From a virus (lineage: Duplodnaviria; Caudoviricetes): a stretch of DNA of 64,000 nt. The position numbers and the translations under genes are program-made. Positions 36,301-44,600 of the stretch are shown in pieces; the first letter of the stretch is position 1; each line of letters starts with the position of its first letter. The notes under the pieces were generated by a model. It worked only from the letters and a program-made list of their open reading frames with translations, was not told the origin of the DNA and did no database searches. The stretch is taken from positions 32,001 through 96,000 of IMG/VR virus record IMGVR_UViG_2974637922_000001. One strand, 5' to 3'.

Positions 36301-39300
36301 ATTACTGAGCACTTCTTTAGTCCAGCTGAAGAACTATATTACCTACCAGATACAACTTTAGCTAACAACCTCAAATCTCCTATCGAGATTCAACCAGTTG
36401 TTGATTATAGAGGTATAACAACTTCTACAATGCCTGACAGAGTGTATGCCATCAAGAGGGATCTAAATGTATTCCAACTAGCACCAACTGCATCTGATGC
36501 ACTTGCTGGTCAAGCAATTGTTATCACTGGGTTTGGTACTGGTATTTCCCATAGATTGGGTATGATGAAGAAGCTAGAGAAGACTATCATTACCATTGAT
36601 GGTGTTATCCAGTCTCCTATTACTAGCGCACTCAAAACATTCAATCTAGATGCACCACTAGGTTTTGATGACGAATATGCAGTTCTAACTGGTATTGGTA
36701 CTATTCGTGTTGGTGATCTATTTCTAATTGATGAGGAGTACTTAAAGATTGATAATGTTGGATTATCTACATCACAGACTGGTCCTATTAGTAATACTGG
36801 TACTATTCCTCTAATTGAAATTAGTAGAGGTGTTGTTGGTTCTTCCGCAACTAGTCATACTAGTGGTTCTGATCTCGATCTATACAGAGGTAGCTTCAAT
36901 ATTGTTGAGAGTGACGTTGTATTCACCGAAGCACCTGCTGGTAGGGGTGAGATTAATATCAATGAGTCCAACCTAGTACAGGTTAACTCATCATTCCAAG
37001 GTAGAACATTCCTACAGAGAGAGTATGATCAGATTGCACTATTTGATGATATCAGTGATTTGTTCAATGGTTCAGATTATGAGTTCAACATTACTTCCGC
37101 TGGTAGTACTATTGGTGAGATTGAGAATGGTTCTGGTGTTCTAACCATCAACGATATCTACCAAACTCCAACTACCGATAACAACGCAGGTAACAACTAT
37201 TTCTATAGTTATGGAGCACAAACTGGTATCAATACTCTAACCTTTACTGGTATTACTTCCACTAATGGTCAGAGAGTTGAGTCTAGATTTGATATCAATC
37301 AGAACCAGATTCCTCGCGGTGGTGTTATCGTATCACTAGGTTCTACACCTGGTTTGGGATACGCCCCACTCTATGGAGCAAAGATAACTCCAGTAGTTAC
37401 TGGTGGTGTTATTACTGATATTGTATCGACCAATAGAGTTGGTTTTACAACTGATGTTCTTTGGGCAGACTATGATAACGAAACTGGTGACTTGGTTGTT
37501 TCTGGTATTGGATCGGCACTAACCACACAGTTCAACATCACAGATGCCGACTATCGTAACACCTCCGGCGTCCTAATTATCACGAGCGCAACTTCTCTAA
37601 TATCTGCTGGTATCAACCCAGGTGATATTATGTATCTGAGAGGTATGGACTTCTCCTGTACTTCAGGTGGAGCACCTGCCACACTTACATACCCAGACCA
37701 AGACCCAGTATACGCTGTGGATAGGATTGTAGATGAATTTAGGTTCTCAGTGAACGCTGGAATATCTACTATTCCACATACTTATGTTTCTGGTGGTACC
37801 TGGCAAAAGTATTCACCATTCCAGTTTGGAAGGGAACAGATTAACCCCAAACAGGTTTATCTAAATGGTTTGGAGTTTGATTGTACCAATAGTCCATTCA
37901 TCACTACCAATATCTTCCCTGATAGTTTCGAGTCAGCATCTTTTGTTACTCGTGATGATGATGCACACTTCAGACTAAACGTTGGTATCGCAAGTTTCAC
38001 ACACGACTATGTTGGTAGTGGAATCTTTGGTCAGTATATTGAAAACAACCCAGGTTCTGGTTATATCGATAGAGTTTCTATCGCAGTTACTGATCCCAAC
38101 CACTCTGGAACACCTGCAGAGATTGTGGGTATCCCAACTGCTGGTGGTGAGTTATCATTCACAATTATTGGTGGTGGTTCTGGATATAACCAACCAACCA
38201 CAGATACCTTTGCTCCTGATCCAGCATACTTTAACCTTCCAGTTATTGGTGTATCTAGGAGAAATATTGGATTCACAACTATCACTGGTAAGAATCTCTT
38301 TGTAACTGTTGAGGTATCAGCAGCAACCACCACGGCAATCGGTCGTAGTGAGTTCTTTGAAGTTAGTGGTTACCAAATCACTAACCAGGGTTATGGTTTT
38401 GAAGAAGGTGATGTTATTGAGGTTGTTGGTATTCCTACTGATAAGAATCTATCCCAACCAATTGAACCCTTCCAACTCACAGTTCTAGACACCTTCACCG
38501 ATAACTTCTCCGCCTGGAACTTCGGTGAAACTGATTATATTGATAGTATCAAGACTCTACAGGATGGTTCAAGACTTAACTTCCCACTTTCATACAAAGG
38601 TGAGGAACTATCCTTCGAATCAAATCCCTCCAATGAAGACTCTGCGGCAATTGATTTAGACGCTATCCTCCTCATCTATGTGAATACAGTACTACAAGTA
38701 CCTGGTGTAAGTTATGAGTTTACTGGTGGTAACACCTTTACATTCTCACAACCACCATTCCCACAGGATGATGTTGATATTTACTTCTATAGAGGTAAGA
38801 GGAATATTGATAGTACAGTTATTACTGAAATTGATGAATCTATTAGACCTGGTGATCAGTTACAACTTGTTAAAAACAATAAGTACAATGACAATGTATT
38901 CATTGACCTAACCAGAACACAGGACCTTAGAACAGTCACAGAGATTGCTTCTTCTGACACAGTTAGAACTAATATCTACTTTGGTAACAAAGACTTAGAT
39001 ACTCTAAGAGAAAGGCAAGTCGGTTGGGAAAAACAGAAGAGAGATATCTTCATCTATGGTGAACCAGCACCTAAGACTAGAGATAGTCTAGAACCTGTTA
39101 TTGTACCAACAGCGGCAATCATCAGAGATACCTCCAAATCACAAACAGAACTCTTTGTTAGTAACTCTGAGATATTTGTTTATGAAGAAGATGTTCCTGG
39201 TTCTAGTATTGTTCTAACCAATATCAGTGGTGAGATCTATAGACCAGTTGAGTATAAGTACAATCCACCAGTACTATTCGAACCCGCGTCAATACGCGCG

Positions 39301-40071
39301 AATGTAGATGGTAATGGTAAAGTAACTTCACTCACAATCCTAGACGCAGGACAAGGTTACCCAACAGGTACTGAAATCACTATTGGTATTTCTTCCACGG
39401 GTGATAGGGCAGAGGTTGGTACTACTATCCTCAATCCAATTGATGGTTCTATTATCTCTGTTATCCTATCTAAGAGTGGATCTGGTTACAATCAAAGTAA
39501 CCCACCATTCGTTCTTATTTCAGAACCACAGGTAGATATTGAACCTTTGGAACTTATTCCAAATATCCAAGGTTTCAGTGGTATTGTTACTGGTATTCAG
39601 GCAACTACAGGTTCCTCTGGGGCAACCAAGGGTATCCGGGTATTCTACACAGTAGATTCCACAGTTGTTGCTTCTGAACTAAATGCAGGTTACTCAGTTG
39701 TTCTATCTAATACTGTTGTTGGTAATGGTGTTGAAACTATCGGAACTAACGCAGCAACCGTGGTTGGTTTGGGAACACAGTTCCTAGATGCTGTTTATGA
39801 GATTAGGTCTAATGGTAACCTAGGAATAAATGGTGTATGGGAAGCAAATGTATCCAATGGAACTAACATATCTGGTATTGATATTTCTGGAGATAACCTC
39901 GGAAGTTTCAGCTGGGGTAGGTTATCCAATGTTCCAAGAGATATTGATTTGGCACTCTCATACAATGTAGATGGAACTACATACTCACCCAATATGGATA
40001 ACTACCCAACTCTCAAGAGAAGTAGTGAAGGTCTCCGTAACGAAGGTGGTATCGCTAAGAGGGTTCTGTAG
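27394..40071 (+). CDS. gp7: Giant baseplate wedge initiator / structural protein, 4225 aa
   Basis: Position between gp6 and gp8; FYQSKGSEESFKILFR, DNDYYQNLSYSIKS, VHPSG; internal HSPIIGWA.DG.PIYG..NGRY..TPEYPNG.YAYF domain. Confidence 0.85.
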   Translation: MIGTELGIDVRVKIQDVVSSQLPDYILSEAPLTDDFLKQFYISQEYQGGTVDFASNLDQYLSLTTLGSENLYTAFELTQDVSIDDTIIHVNTTSTFPNEWGLLKIDDEIVTYTGLTTNTFTGVVRGFSGISSYRDSDNPSELVFETTTAATHTTETNVENLSTLFLKNFYDKLKYTFAPGFENLEFNSEVSVGQWIRQARSFYQSKGSEESFKILFRVLYGEDPLVIDLEQFLIKPSQAEYSRRDYAVAIPVSGNPITLKGKTVYQSDAEDVFGAISEIETFTRDNKLYYRIYFFVSNDEIANERKLFTIPGRSRTQRGWNQGDTTITVDTTLGFRDNNEFITEDGTKFTYLERTVNQFLGVECSDTEKTLGVNEDIIDDITIFGINDAGETVSLRMTGVISDIEFPDEVPFTTPGEKISVDTLGENIISADVTRSEPTQRQIIANSFIYNTSVRMEVDELNGSDFQINTAYLDKAFISPGDSVDILQRGSQLVYVANRKVTSVDYLNSIITINYSFGIPLDQSLDIRRNQNYAKSSTTDIEYGQNSVLSNVLNLYDATEFDGNFYVATNSLPSYDMEVKVVESILTGITTSNFEGYNSFTDQYSTIIFDSATSFITGDLISYRVISVERTGIPLITEGEYFVEVLSNPRKIKLYVSPSFIGSDNFVGFVYNDAVGAHAFTLEEQKDRRINTKNVFKKIPFTATKQNITIPRTPDVTPSGSPVAVLTNGVEVLSYKSPDKVFLGPLEEVVPVASGEGYSVIGPPNILITPPNIQVTDPTGIPTDGGVARVSPVISGRLKKIYIDPQDFDIEEVFSITVVGGNSRGATAKPQISKRTRSIPFDTRLDIYGGGINPNEETILFLTEHKLAKGDAIIYENNDTQSIGVNVAGGSNIYNGQTLSNGAVYFAEPLNNVTIKIYETLEDLNLGINTVGFTSSQTGFGVQDFTTIPRNQLTGAFITDDGGEFVYRKMEFQPENIYPEYDELRYDGHGFSSGDLVEYGTFGSVVGGLSTEKQYYVDALDENIIKLSDAGIGGTSRFDYDRKDYVDFTNIGVGTQFIKYPDVTVNVVVSYASSITGIITATPIIRGGIIQTYVETGGYYGSDILNFAKTPEVTVQTGEGARIKPVIVNGKVTTVQILSKGINYPPTPDIRVIDKSRKGAGALLRPVVIDGVIQSVVVISTGENYDPLNTDITVIDPARRCILVPRITPLTVNTFARFGFEGLSNNDYSVVAYDRKIREDVYGDLGASHSPIIGWANDGNPIYGGFGFDDPENSSSGFRAMRTSYELFPGEIYGRPPLTLYPAGSFVEDYKFTDNGDLDIYNGRYGRTPEYPNGVYAYFAGISTDTQSLAREPQFPYFIGPEFRDGLGIQDNTVSQDFDINNKDIFRNTFPYAVGNPIIGSEFLDQSYLEDTQDSIIQSINNGTVDNLTIVGAGVSYSVGDIVNFDDTFDYISVVVDQVDGPEVTQIQTLIKSYGKAETKVIKVDNTTVRVYVDPFHEYLDGDKVVISGLSTNTDQLNGTHEINFMREQMTMFAPIPPTLFETVSDIFVNTISDKVSVGSSITVGLGTLSEDMEVINIFPINKALRVKRPVGYGFTHPIGDAVNIAPNYFDIKKNVDSFPSEIDVEYYFNPHQTVAVGLETGVSVGLVYSIGTIDKNISVQTQRIYAPSHGFRTGEEITFEKNDTDTALVVTDGSTVYTLPGVGNTSNAYVVSLSKNYIGIRTVTDGPDLFFSTDGSDSPLYSIKTNRFAETALVDRIQAEVKTKTDHRLGNDDQIFTDVISSGKSGVGTNPNIKLEFDDSSQSLIVDPYFTQPSDIDTVNNLININNHGYTNGDIVLYQNYGSSIGGLTTHHKYYTIPFDRDKFYVAETFVDVRPGTKLPVNLTSVGIGSHKFSKVNPPLLITNNNDIEFDVSSPTLFGKTLEFFFDRTLTEIFDNNSIDNVFVVSGVSTEGYEDARKSIRYSDNNPDVFFYGITEGGYISTADTEVSRNNSIRYEASEYAIEGRVTVIDDSTFTYTLNTIPEKPLYTNPDTQLSYKTSSSTALGGVGRLNIIFSGNNFPALPEFEGIQTEYGQNATIRAESDDIGTLASFRIQNAGWDYSADNTLRPFGVIQPTIRFDNSDFVTEVTVLDGGNGYQNPPNAVLVDSVTREVVDNGSIILEVQSSTITDVIVEVAPSGLSKDLQELWTVNNSNGIPILLIGNIDNVAGVVTYTVQTPIEGYATPPFSVGDRVFVENILVDQDAPPSKLNSGDYGYQFLEVVAVTPTNPITIGIQYPEEAIGNLGYGVTFQQAFSGIVNEDIYPKFAVQQTTAVFLEGERLSIFDSFGNLDETDLVVEESNTSFFKVTGNYDLLVGDVLKGNNSGVILTVTEIDSSSCRYLVDSISRINTGWNDKTGFLNEETQNLPDNDYYQNLSYSIKSTINFEELINPVNRLVHPSGLKNFSDTKIESIGDIGVGSSESSESTVTIDFIGLTDIAETPLRVDRINVFDLGWDANVNNNRSNAIRLQSRTPNKRLTDYIEVRTNRVLMHDDISNEFIDSDNASSKSPYSEFNIITGEYTRGLVQARNPFTDQVQFTEIIVLSVDNSAFTLQKASISDNDLGYGIFEGRSLASSEYQMRFTPFNTDDFDIDLKLLSHKFIFSGESAEEIGYVNLAGNTLSTPDAASTQIYGASNSNNRAVVVHANITTIDGLLYYYEIYAFTDGTDVYYAPYGYSSDVLKGFNSELDGDFNATLQGGKLAIYFTNNTGGPVSITTKSIEFKQSFSGTSPYRFKKNNVPDTEERSIILDSVSTAGVSTQTTEVFRYDTTLFQSVRSIVHISGTDVGAIHQVMTINSDGSTYCEVYPFITEGDEVDSTSGIGTFGSSIDGTDMVLTFYPDAAIGSQALTLTSYNETFYRELDEVNYTFGRPLVYSESEENYYLERYIAPLGLRNNLLRFPLTYEGIPIYEKAFDPATTISINNGNLTLFNITEHFFSPAEELYYLPDTTLANNLKSPIEIQPVVDYRGITTSTMPDRVYAIKRDLNVFQLAPTASDALAGQAIVITGFGTGISHRLGMMKKLEKTIITIDGVIQSPITSALKTFNLDAPLGFDDEYAVLTGIGTIRVGDLFLIDEEYLKIDNVGLSTSQTGPISNTGTIPLIEISRGVVGSSATSHTSGSDLDLYRGSFNIVESDVVFTEAPAGRGEININESNLVQVNSSFQGRTFLQREYDQIALFDDISDLFNGSDYEFNITSAGSTIGEIENGSGVLTINDIYQTPTTDNNAGNNYFYSYGAQTGINTLTFTGITSTNGQRVESRFDINQNQIPRGGVIVSLGSTPGLGYAPLYGAKITPVVTGGVITDIVSTNRVGFTTDVLWADYDNETGDLVVSGIGSALTTQFNITDADYRNTSGVLIITSATSLISAGINPGDIMYLRGMDFSCTSGGAPATLTYPDQDPVYAVDRIVDEFRFSVNAGISTIPHTYVSGGTWQKYSPFQFGREQINPKQVYLNGLEFDCTNSPFITTNIFPDSFESASFVTRDDDAHFRLNVGIASFTHDYVGSGIFGQYIENNPGSGYIDRVSIAVTDPNHSGTPAEIVGIPTAGGELSFTIIGGGSGYNQPTTDTFAPDPAYFNLPVIGVSRRNIGFTTITGKNLFVTVEVSAATTTAIGRSEFFEVSGYQITNQGYGFEEGDVIEVVGIPTDKNLSQPIEPFQLTVLDTFTDNFSAWNFGETDYIDSIKTLQDGSRLNFPLSYKGEELSFESNPSNEDSAAIDLDAILLIYVNTVLQVPGVSYEFTGGNTFTFSQPPFPQDDVDIYFYRGKRNIDSTVITEIDESIRPGDQLQLVKNNKYNDNVFIDLTRTQDLRTVTEIASSDTVRTNIYFGNKDLDTLRERQVGWEKQKRDIFIYGEPAPKTRDSLEPVIVPTAAIIRDTSKSQTELFVSNSEIFVYEEDVPGSSIVLTNISGEIYRPVEYKYNPPVLFEPASIRANVDGNGKVTSLTILDAGQGYPTGTEITIGISSTGDRAEVGTTILNPIDGSIISVILSKSGSGYNQSNPPFVLISEPQVDIEPLELIPNIQGFSGIVTGIQATTGSSGATKGIRVFYTVDSTVVASELNAGYSVVLSNTVVGNGVETIGTNAATVVGLGTQFLDAVYEIRSNGNLGINGVWEANVSNGTNISGIDISGDNLGSFSWGRLSNVPRDIDLALSYNVDGTTYSPNMDNYPTLKRSSEGLRNEGGIAKRVL

Positions 40072-40076
40072 GGTGT

Positions 40077-40084
40077 TATAAATA
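40077..40084 (+). promoter_or_regulatory. T4-type late promoter
   Basis: TATAAATA upstream of gp8. Confidence 0.85.
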
Positions 40085-40122
40085 GGGTTTAGGTACTGTA
40101 TCCTAAATCCTGTATATACACA

Positions 40123-41667
40123 ATGGCTGCTTTAATCACAGATGATTTTAGGCTGTTTAACGCCGACAACTTCATCGAATCTGTAACTGATCCGAATAAC
40201 TCATATTATATCTTTGTAGGTCTTCCCAACCCGGTTGGTGGAGGCTATGGTAGATCCCTTAATTGGAATAATGATCCACCACAACCCATCGATAACTTCG
40301 CATACCTCCGTCATTGTTATGACACTATGATGTATGGACGAAGAATCACGCCTGGAAATGTCAAGAGGGTGATTCGTCGTATCAACTGGGTCAAGGGGAC
40401 CAGATACGATCAGTATCGAGATGACTATAGTGTGAATAACGTTTCACCTAATACTGGTTCCACCAGACTATACGATGCCAACTATTACATTATTAATAGT
40501 GAGTTTAAAGTATATACTTGTTTGAGTAATGGTTCTAACGGCAATAACCCTAAGGGTGCTGGATCTGAGGATGAACCTAACTTTGTAGACACTGAACCGT
40601 CCGCAGCAGGTTCCAGTGGTGATGGATACATATGGAAGTATTTGTTTACAGTATCTCCTTCCGACGTTATCAAGTTCGATAGTACCGACTACATCACTGT
40701 ACCCAATGACTGGGGTACAACTGATAACTCACAGATTGTTGCCATTAGAGAAAGTGGAGACTCCCTCATCAATGATAGTCAACTAAAACAAGTTTATGTT
40801 GATATCCAAGGTGTTGGATATGCTGGAGGTATAGGTCAGGAGTTACCTATTATTGGTGATGGTGAAGGTGCTAGAGCCATTGTTGATGTCAACTCTGGAC
40901 GTGTTACTAACGCTATTATTGCCAAGGGTGGTAAGAACTATAGTTGGGGTTTGGTTGATCTTGGTACTATCAATCAGAGTGCTACAACAGCAGCCAAACT
41001 AGATGTTATCATCCCACCCTCAAGAGGACATGGTTATGATATCTACCAAGAACTAGGTACCGACAGGGTTCTAGTATATGCTAGATTTGATGACTCTACT
41101 CAAGACTTCCCTATTGATACTAAGTTTGCTCAGATTGGTTTAGTTAGAAACCCAACAGTTAATGGATCTAACCAGATCTTCACTGAGAACACATTCACTT
41201 CCTGTGAATCACTCAAGATGTTATCTTTCAGTGGTGGTGTAGAAGTTGGTGATATTATCAATCAAGATACTACAGAAGGTACCGCTAGAGGATATGTTGT
41301 TTCCTTTGATGAGGAAACAAAGGTTATGAAGTATATCCAGGATAGGTCACTATACTATAACCCCAATACATATGATAATACTGACTATGTTGGTATTACT
41401 ACTAGTGGAAAGAAGATCTCCTTTGAGTCTAATCTAAACCCAGTTATTACTAACGACGGTTTCCTATCTACTGTTGATACAACCTTTAATGGATCTACCG
41501 AAACAGTGGGTGCCAAATCAGTAGAACTCGGTGTAGAATTCACAAATGGGGTTGCAGTATCGGAGATAAATACTCAGAGTGGTGAGATACTTTACTTGGA
41601 TAACAGACCAGTAGTACCCAGGAATCCACGACAAAAAGAAGACGTTAAGATCATCTTGGAATTCTAA
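40123..41667 (+). CDS. gp8: Baseplate wedge subunit
   Basis: MAALITDDFR, DGYIWKYLF, QKEDVKIILEF. Confidence 0.95.
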   Translation: MAALITDDFRLFNADNFIESVTDPNNSYYIFVGLPNPVGGGYGRSLNWNNDPPQPIDNFAYLRHCYDTMMYGRRITPGNVKRVIRRINWVKGTRYDQYRDDYSVNNVSPNTGSTRLYDANYYIINSEFKVYTCLSNGSNGNNPKGAGSEDEPNFVDTEPSAAGSSGDGYIWKYLFTVSPSDVIKFDSTDYITVPNDWGTTDNSQIVAIRESGDSLINDSQLKQVYVDIQGVGYAGGIGQELPIIGDGEGARAIVDVNSGRVTNAIIAKGGKNYSWGLVDLGTINQSATTAAKLDVIIPPSRGHGYDIYQELGTDRVLVYARFDDSTQDFPIDTKFAQIGLVRNPTVNGSNQIFTENTFTSCESLKMLSFSGGVEVGDIINQDTTEGTARGYVVSFDEETKVMKYIQDRSLYYNPNTYDNTDYVGITTSGKKISFESNLNPVITNDGFLSTVDTTFNGSTETVGAKSVELGVEFTNGVAVSEINTQSGEILYLDNRPVVPRNPRQKEDVKIILEF

Positions 41668-41670
41668 TCA

Positions 41671-44600
41671 ATGTCTCAGATTAACCTAGATACCAGCCCA
41701 TACTTTGACGACTTCGATCCGTCAAAGGACTACTATAAAGTACTCTTCAAGCCAGGATTCCCGGTTCAAGCAAGAGAACTTACCACTCTGCAATCAATTT
41801 TACAGAACCAGGTAAGTAACTTTGGAAAGCACCTCTTCAAAGAGGGATCCATGGTTATCCCTGGTAGTATAACTTATAATGCAAAGTATGAGTCTATTGT
41901 CATAAACAAACAACAGGGTGGTATCGACGTTTCTCTATATGCTTCTCGACTAGTTGGTAAAACTATTCAGGGTAAAACTAGCGGAGTTACCGCTAAGGTT
42001 ATTAACTTCCTACTACCACCAAATAACGGAGTAACAAGCCCAACAATCTTTGTTTCATATATCAATAGTGGTTCGGATGCGGCAACAACTGTTTTCGACA
42101 ATAACGAGGAGTTAATTTCCACTTCCGACATTGTATATGGTAATACTACAATTACTGCCGGGACTACATTTGCTAGTACTATTTCAACTCTATCCACAGC
42201 GGTAGGTTCTGCTGCCCAGATCAGAGATGGTATCTACTTCATTCGGGGTTTCTTTGCTCAGGTTCGTGAAAGTGTAGTAATCTTAGAACCTTTTAGTAAT
42301 ACTCCTTCATATAGAGTTGGTCTACAGATCACTGAACAGGTTATTACTGCTGGTCAGGACAACTCACTATATGATAACGCCAAGGGGTTCAATAACTTCT
42401 CAGCACCAGGTGCGGATAGACTAAAAATATCCACCAAACTTATTAAGAAACCACTAGACGATTATAATGATACTAACTTTGTAGAGTTATTACGTGTTGA
42501 TAACGGTGAAGTTAAGAAAATTGCGGAGAATAGTGACTATAATATCATTAAGGACTACCTAGCACAAAGAACCTATGAGGAGTCTGGTGACTATACCCTG
42601 TTTGGTATGGGTATTAAAGTTGCAGAGTCATTAAGTGATAACTTAGGTAACGGTGGTGTATATCAGTTTGATCAGAAAACAGAGCAAGGGGGAACACCCA
42701 CTGACGATCTAGCGGTAGTTAAAGTATCTGCTGGTAAGGCATATGTTCGAGGTTATGACATCAATAATCCTGGAACTGTTAACCTAGACATCAACAAACC
42801 CAGAACAACAGAGAACGTCGAAGCAAGTTCCGTTCCCTTTGAGATGGGAAGTAAGTTCTTCATCAATAACGTTACAGGAACTCCTGTTATTGGTCTAGAC
42901 GTTAATGATAATATCGTCGAACTATACAATGGTCGTGTAGATGGTGCAGGGTCCTCCACAGGAGATCTTATTGGTGAGTCTCGTGTATATTCCTATTCCC
43001 TAGAAGACGCACCCTATACAGGTCCTTCTACACCTTGGAACCTATATCTATATGATACTCAGATCTTTACCAAACTAACTCTAAATGTAGATGCAACTGG
43101 TAATATCCTAACTTCATATAAGGTGAGGGGTCTCAGTAGTAACGCTACTGGTTATGTTCGTTCTGTTAGTACCACAGAAGTAGTTCTAACTCAGGTATCT
43201 GGTGAATTTATCAGAAACGAAGCTATTTCTGTTAATGGAAAGATATCCAGTTCACTTAGTGTATCTTTAGTTGATAGTTACAGGAATAACGATGTTAGAT
43301 CCATTAGCCAGGCAAGTTCCTCACTAGATCCAAACATTGAAGTTGACTTTAGTGCAGATACTCTCCAATACTCTGCTATCCCAACTGGTTTCACAGCTTC
43401 AGATTCAGTTACAATCACTACTGGTGGTGTTGTTACTTGTCCTGGTAGAATATTTGATGCTTTCCGAGTTGGTGATGTTATTGGATATCAGAAAGCTGGA
43501 TCAGAAGTAATTACATACAATCAAGTATTATCACTCAACGCCACTAACACCAGTATTACTGTTGATGCAGTTGCAAATGTTGCTGGTGTTTGTGATGGAA
43601 CTTTACCTTCATCCGAAACTAGATCTGGTATTAGGTTATACAACTCTAGACTCCTTAACCAAGAGATTTCTCAGTTATATGCAACTTTAGAAGAGAGGAA
43701 TATTTCCAGTGTTGATTTGGCATCATCGTCATTAACCTTCGCCAAACAGATCAACAACTTATCTACAGATGCTAGTGGTGTTCTAACTGTAAATGTATCC
43801 GACCTAGATGTTTCTGGTGCGGTATTTGAAGCCTTTGATCAAGAGAGATATAGTATTCATTATTCCAATGGAACTACACAATCTCTTAGTTCTAGTCAGG
43901 TAACTATTACATCCTCAACAGCAGAATTTACAAACTTACTCCCAAGTCAGACAACCAACGTAACACTCAATTGTACTGCTATCAAGACTGGTATTAAGTC
44001 TAAGACTAAAGTTCTACTTAGGTCTCAACTATTAGAAGTTACCAAGGCAAGCAGTGGTATTTCTACTGTGGCTCAGGGTTTGGGACAAAATGACTACTAT
44101 GGTTTAAGGGTTGATGATGAAGAGATCTCACTAAATGTATCAGATGTAACTAATATTGTTGCTGTATATGAGTCATTGGATGATGGTACCCCAACGTTTG
44201 ATGTTCTAGGTTTTGTCAATGGTTTAGAACTAGACACTAGAGTTGCAGTTGGAGAACAGATCAAGGGTGATGTATCTGGTGCTATTGCTCGGGTTGTTAC
44301 AGTTGCAACACCTGCTTCAGTCAATATTGTATACCTAACTGAATCAACTTTTGAAGTTGGTGAATTAGTTACGTTTATGGAATCCAAGATTGAAACTAAT
44401 CTTCAATCTATTACAGAAGGTAACTACAGTAACATTACAAACAGATTTACACTTGATAAAGGACAACGTGAACAGTTCTATGACTATTCTCGTCTAGTCA
44501 GGAATAAGAATGCTAAAGCACCTAACAAGAGAATACTAATCATCTATGATAGATTCGCTGTTCCAGTGAATGACAAAGGTGATTTCTACACTGCCAATAG

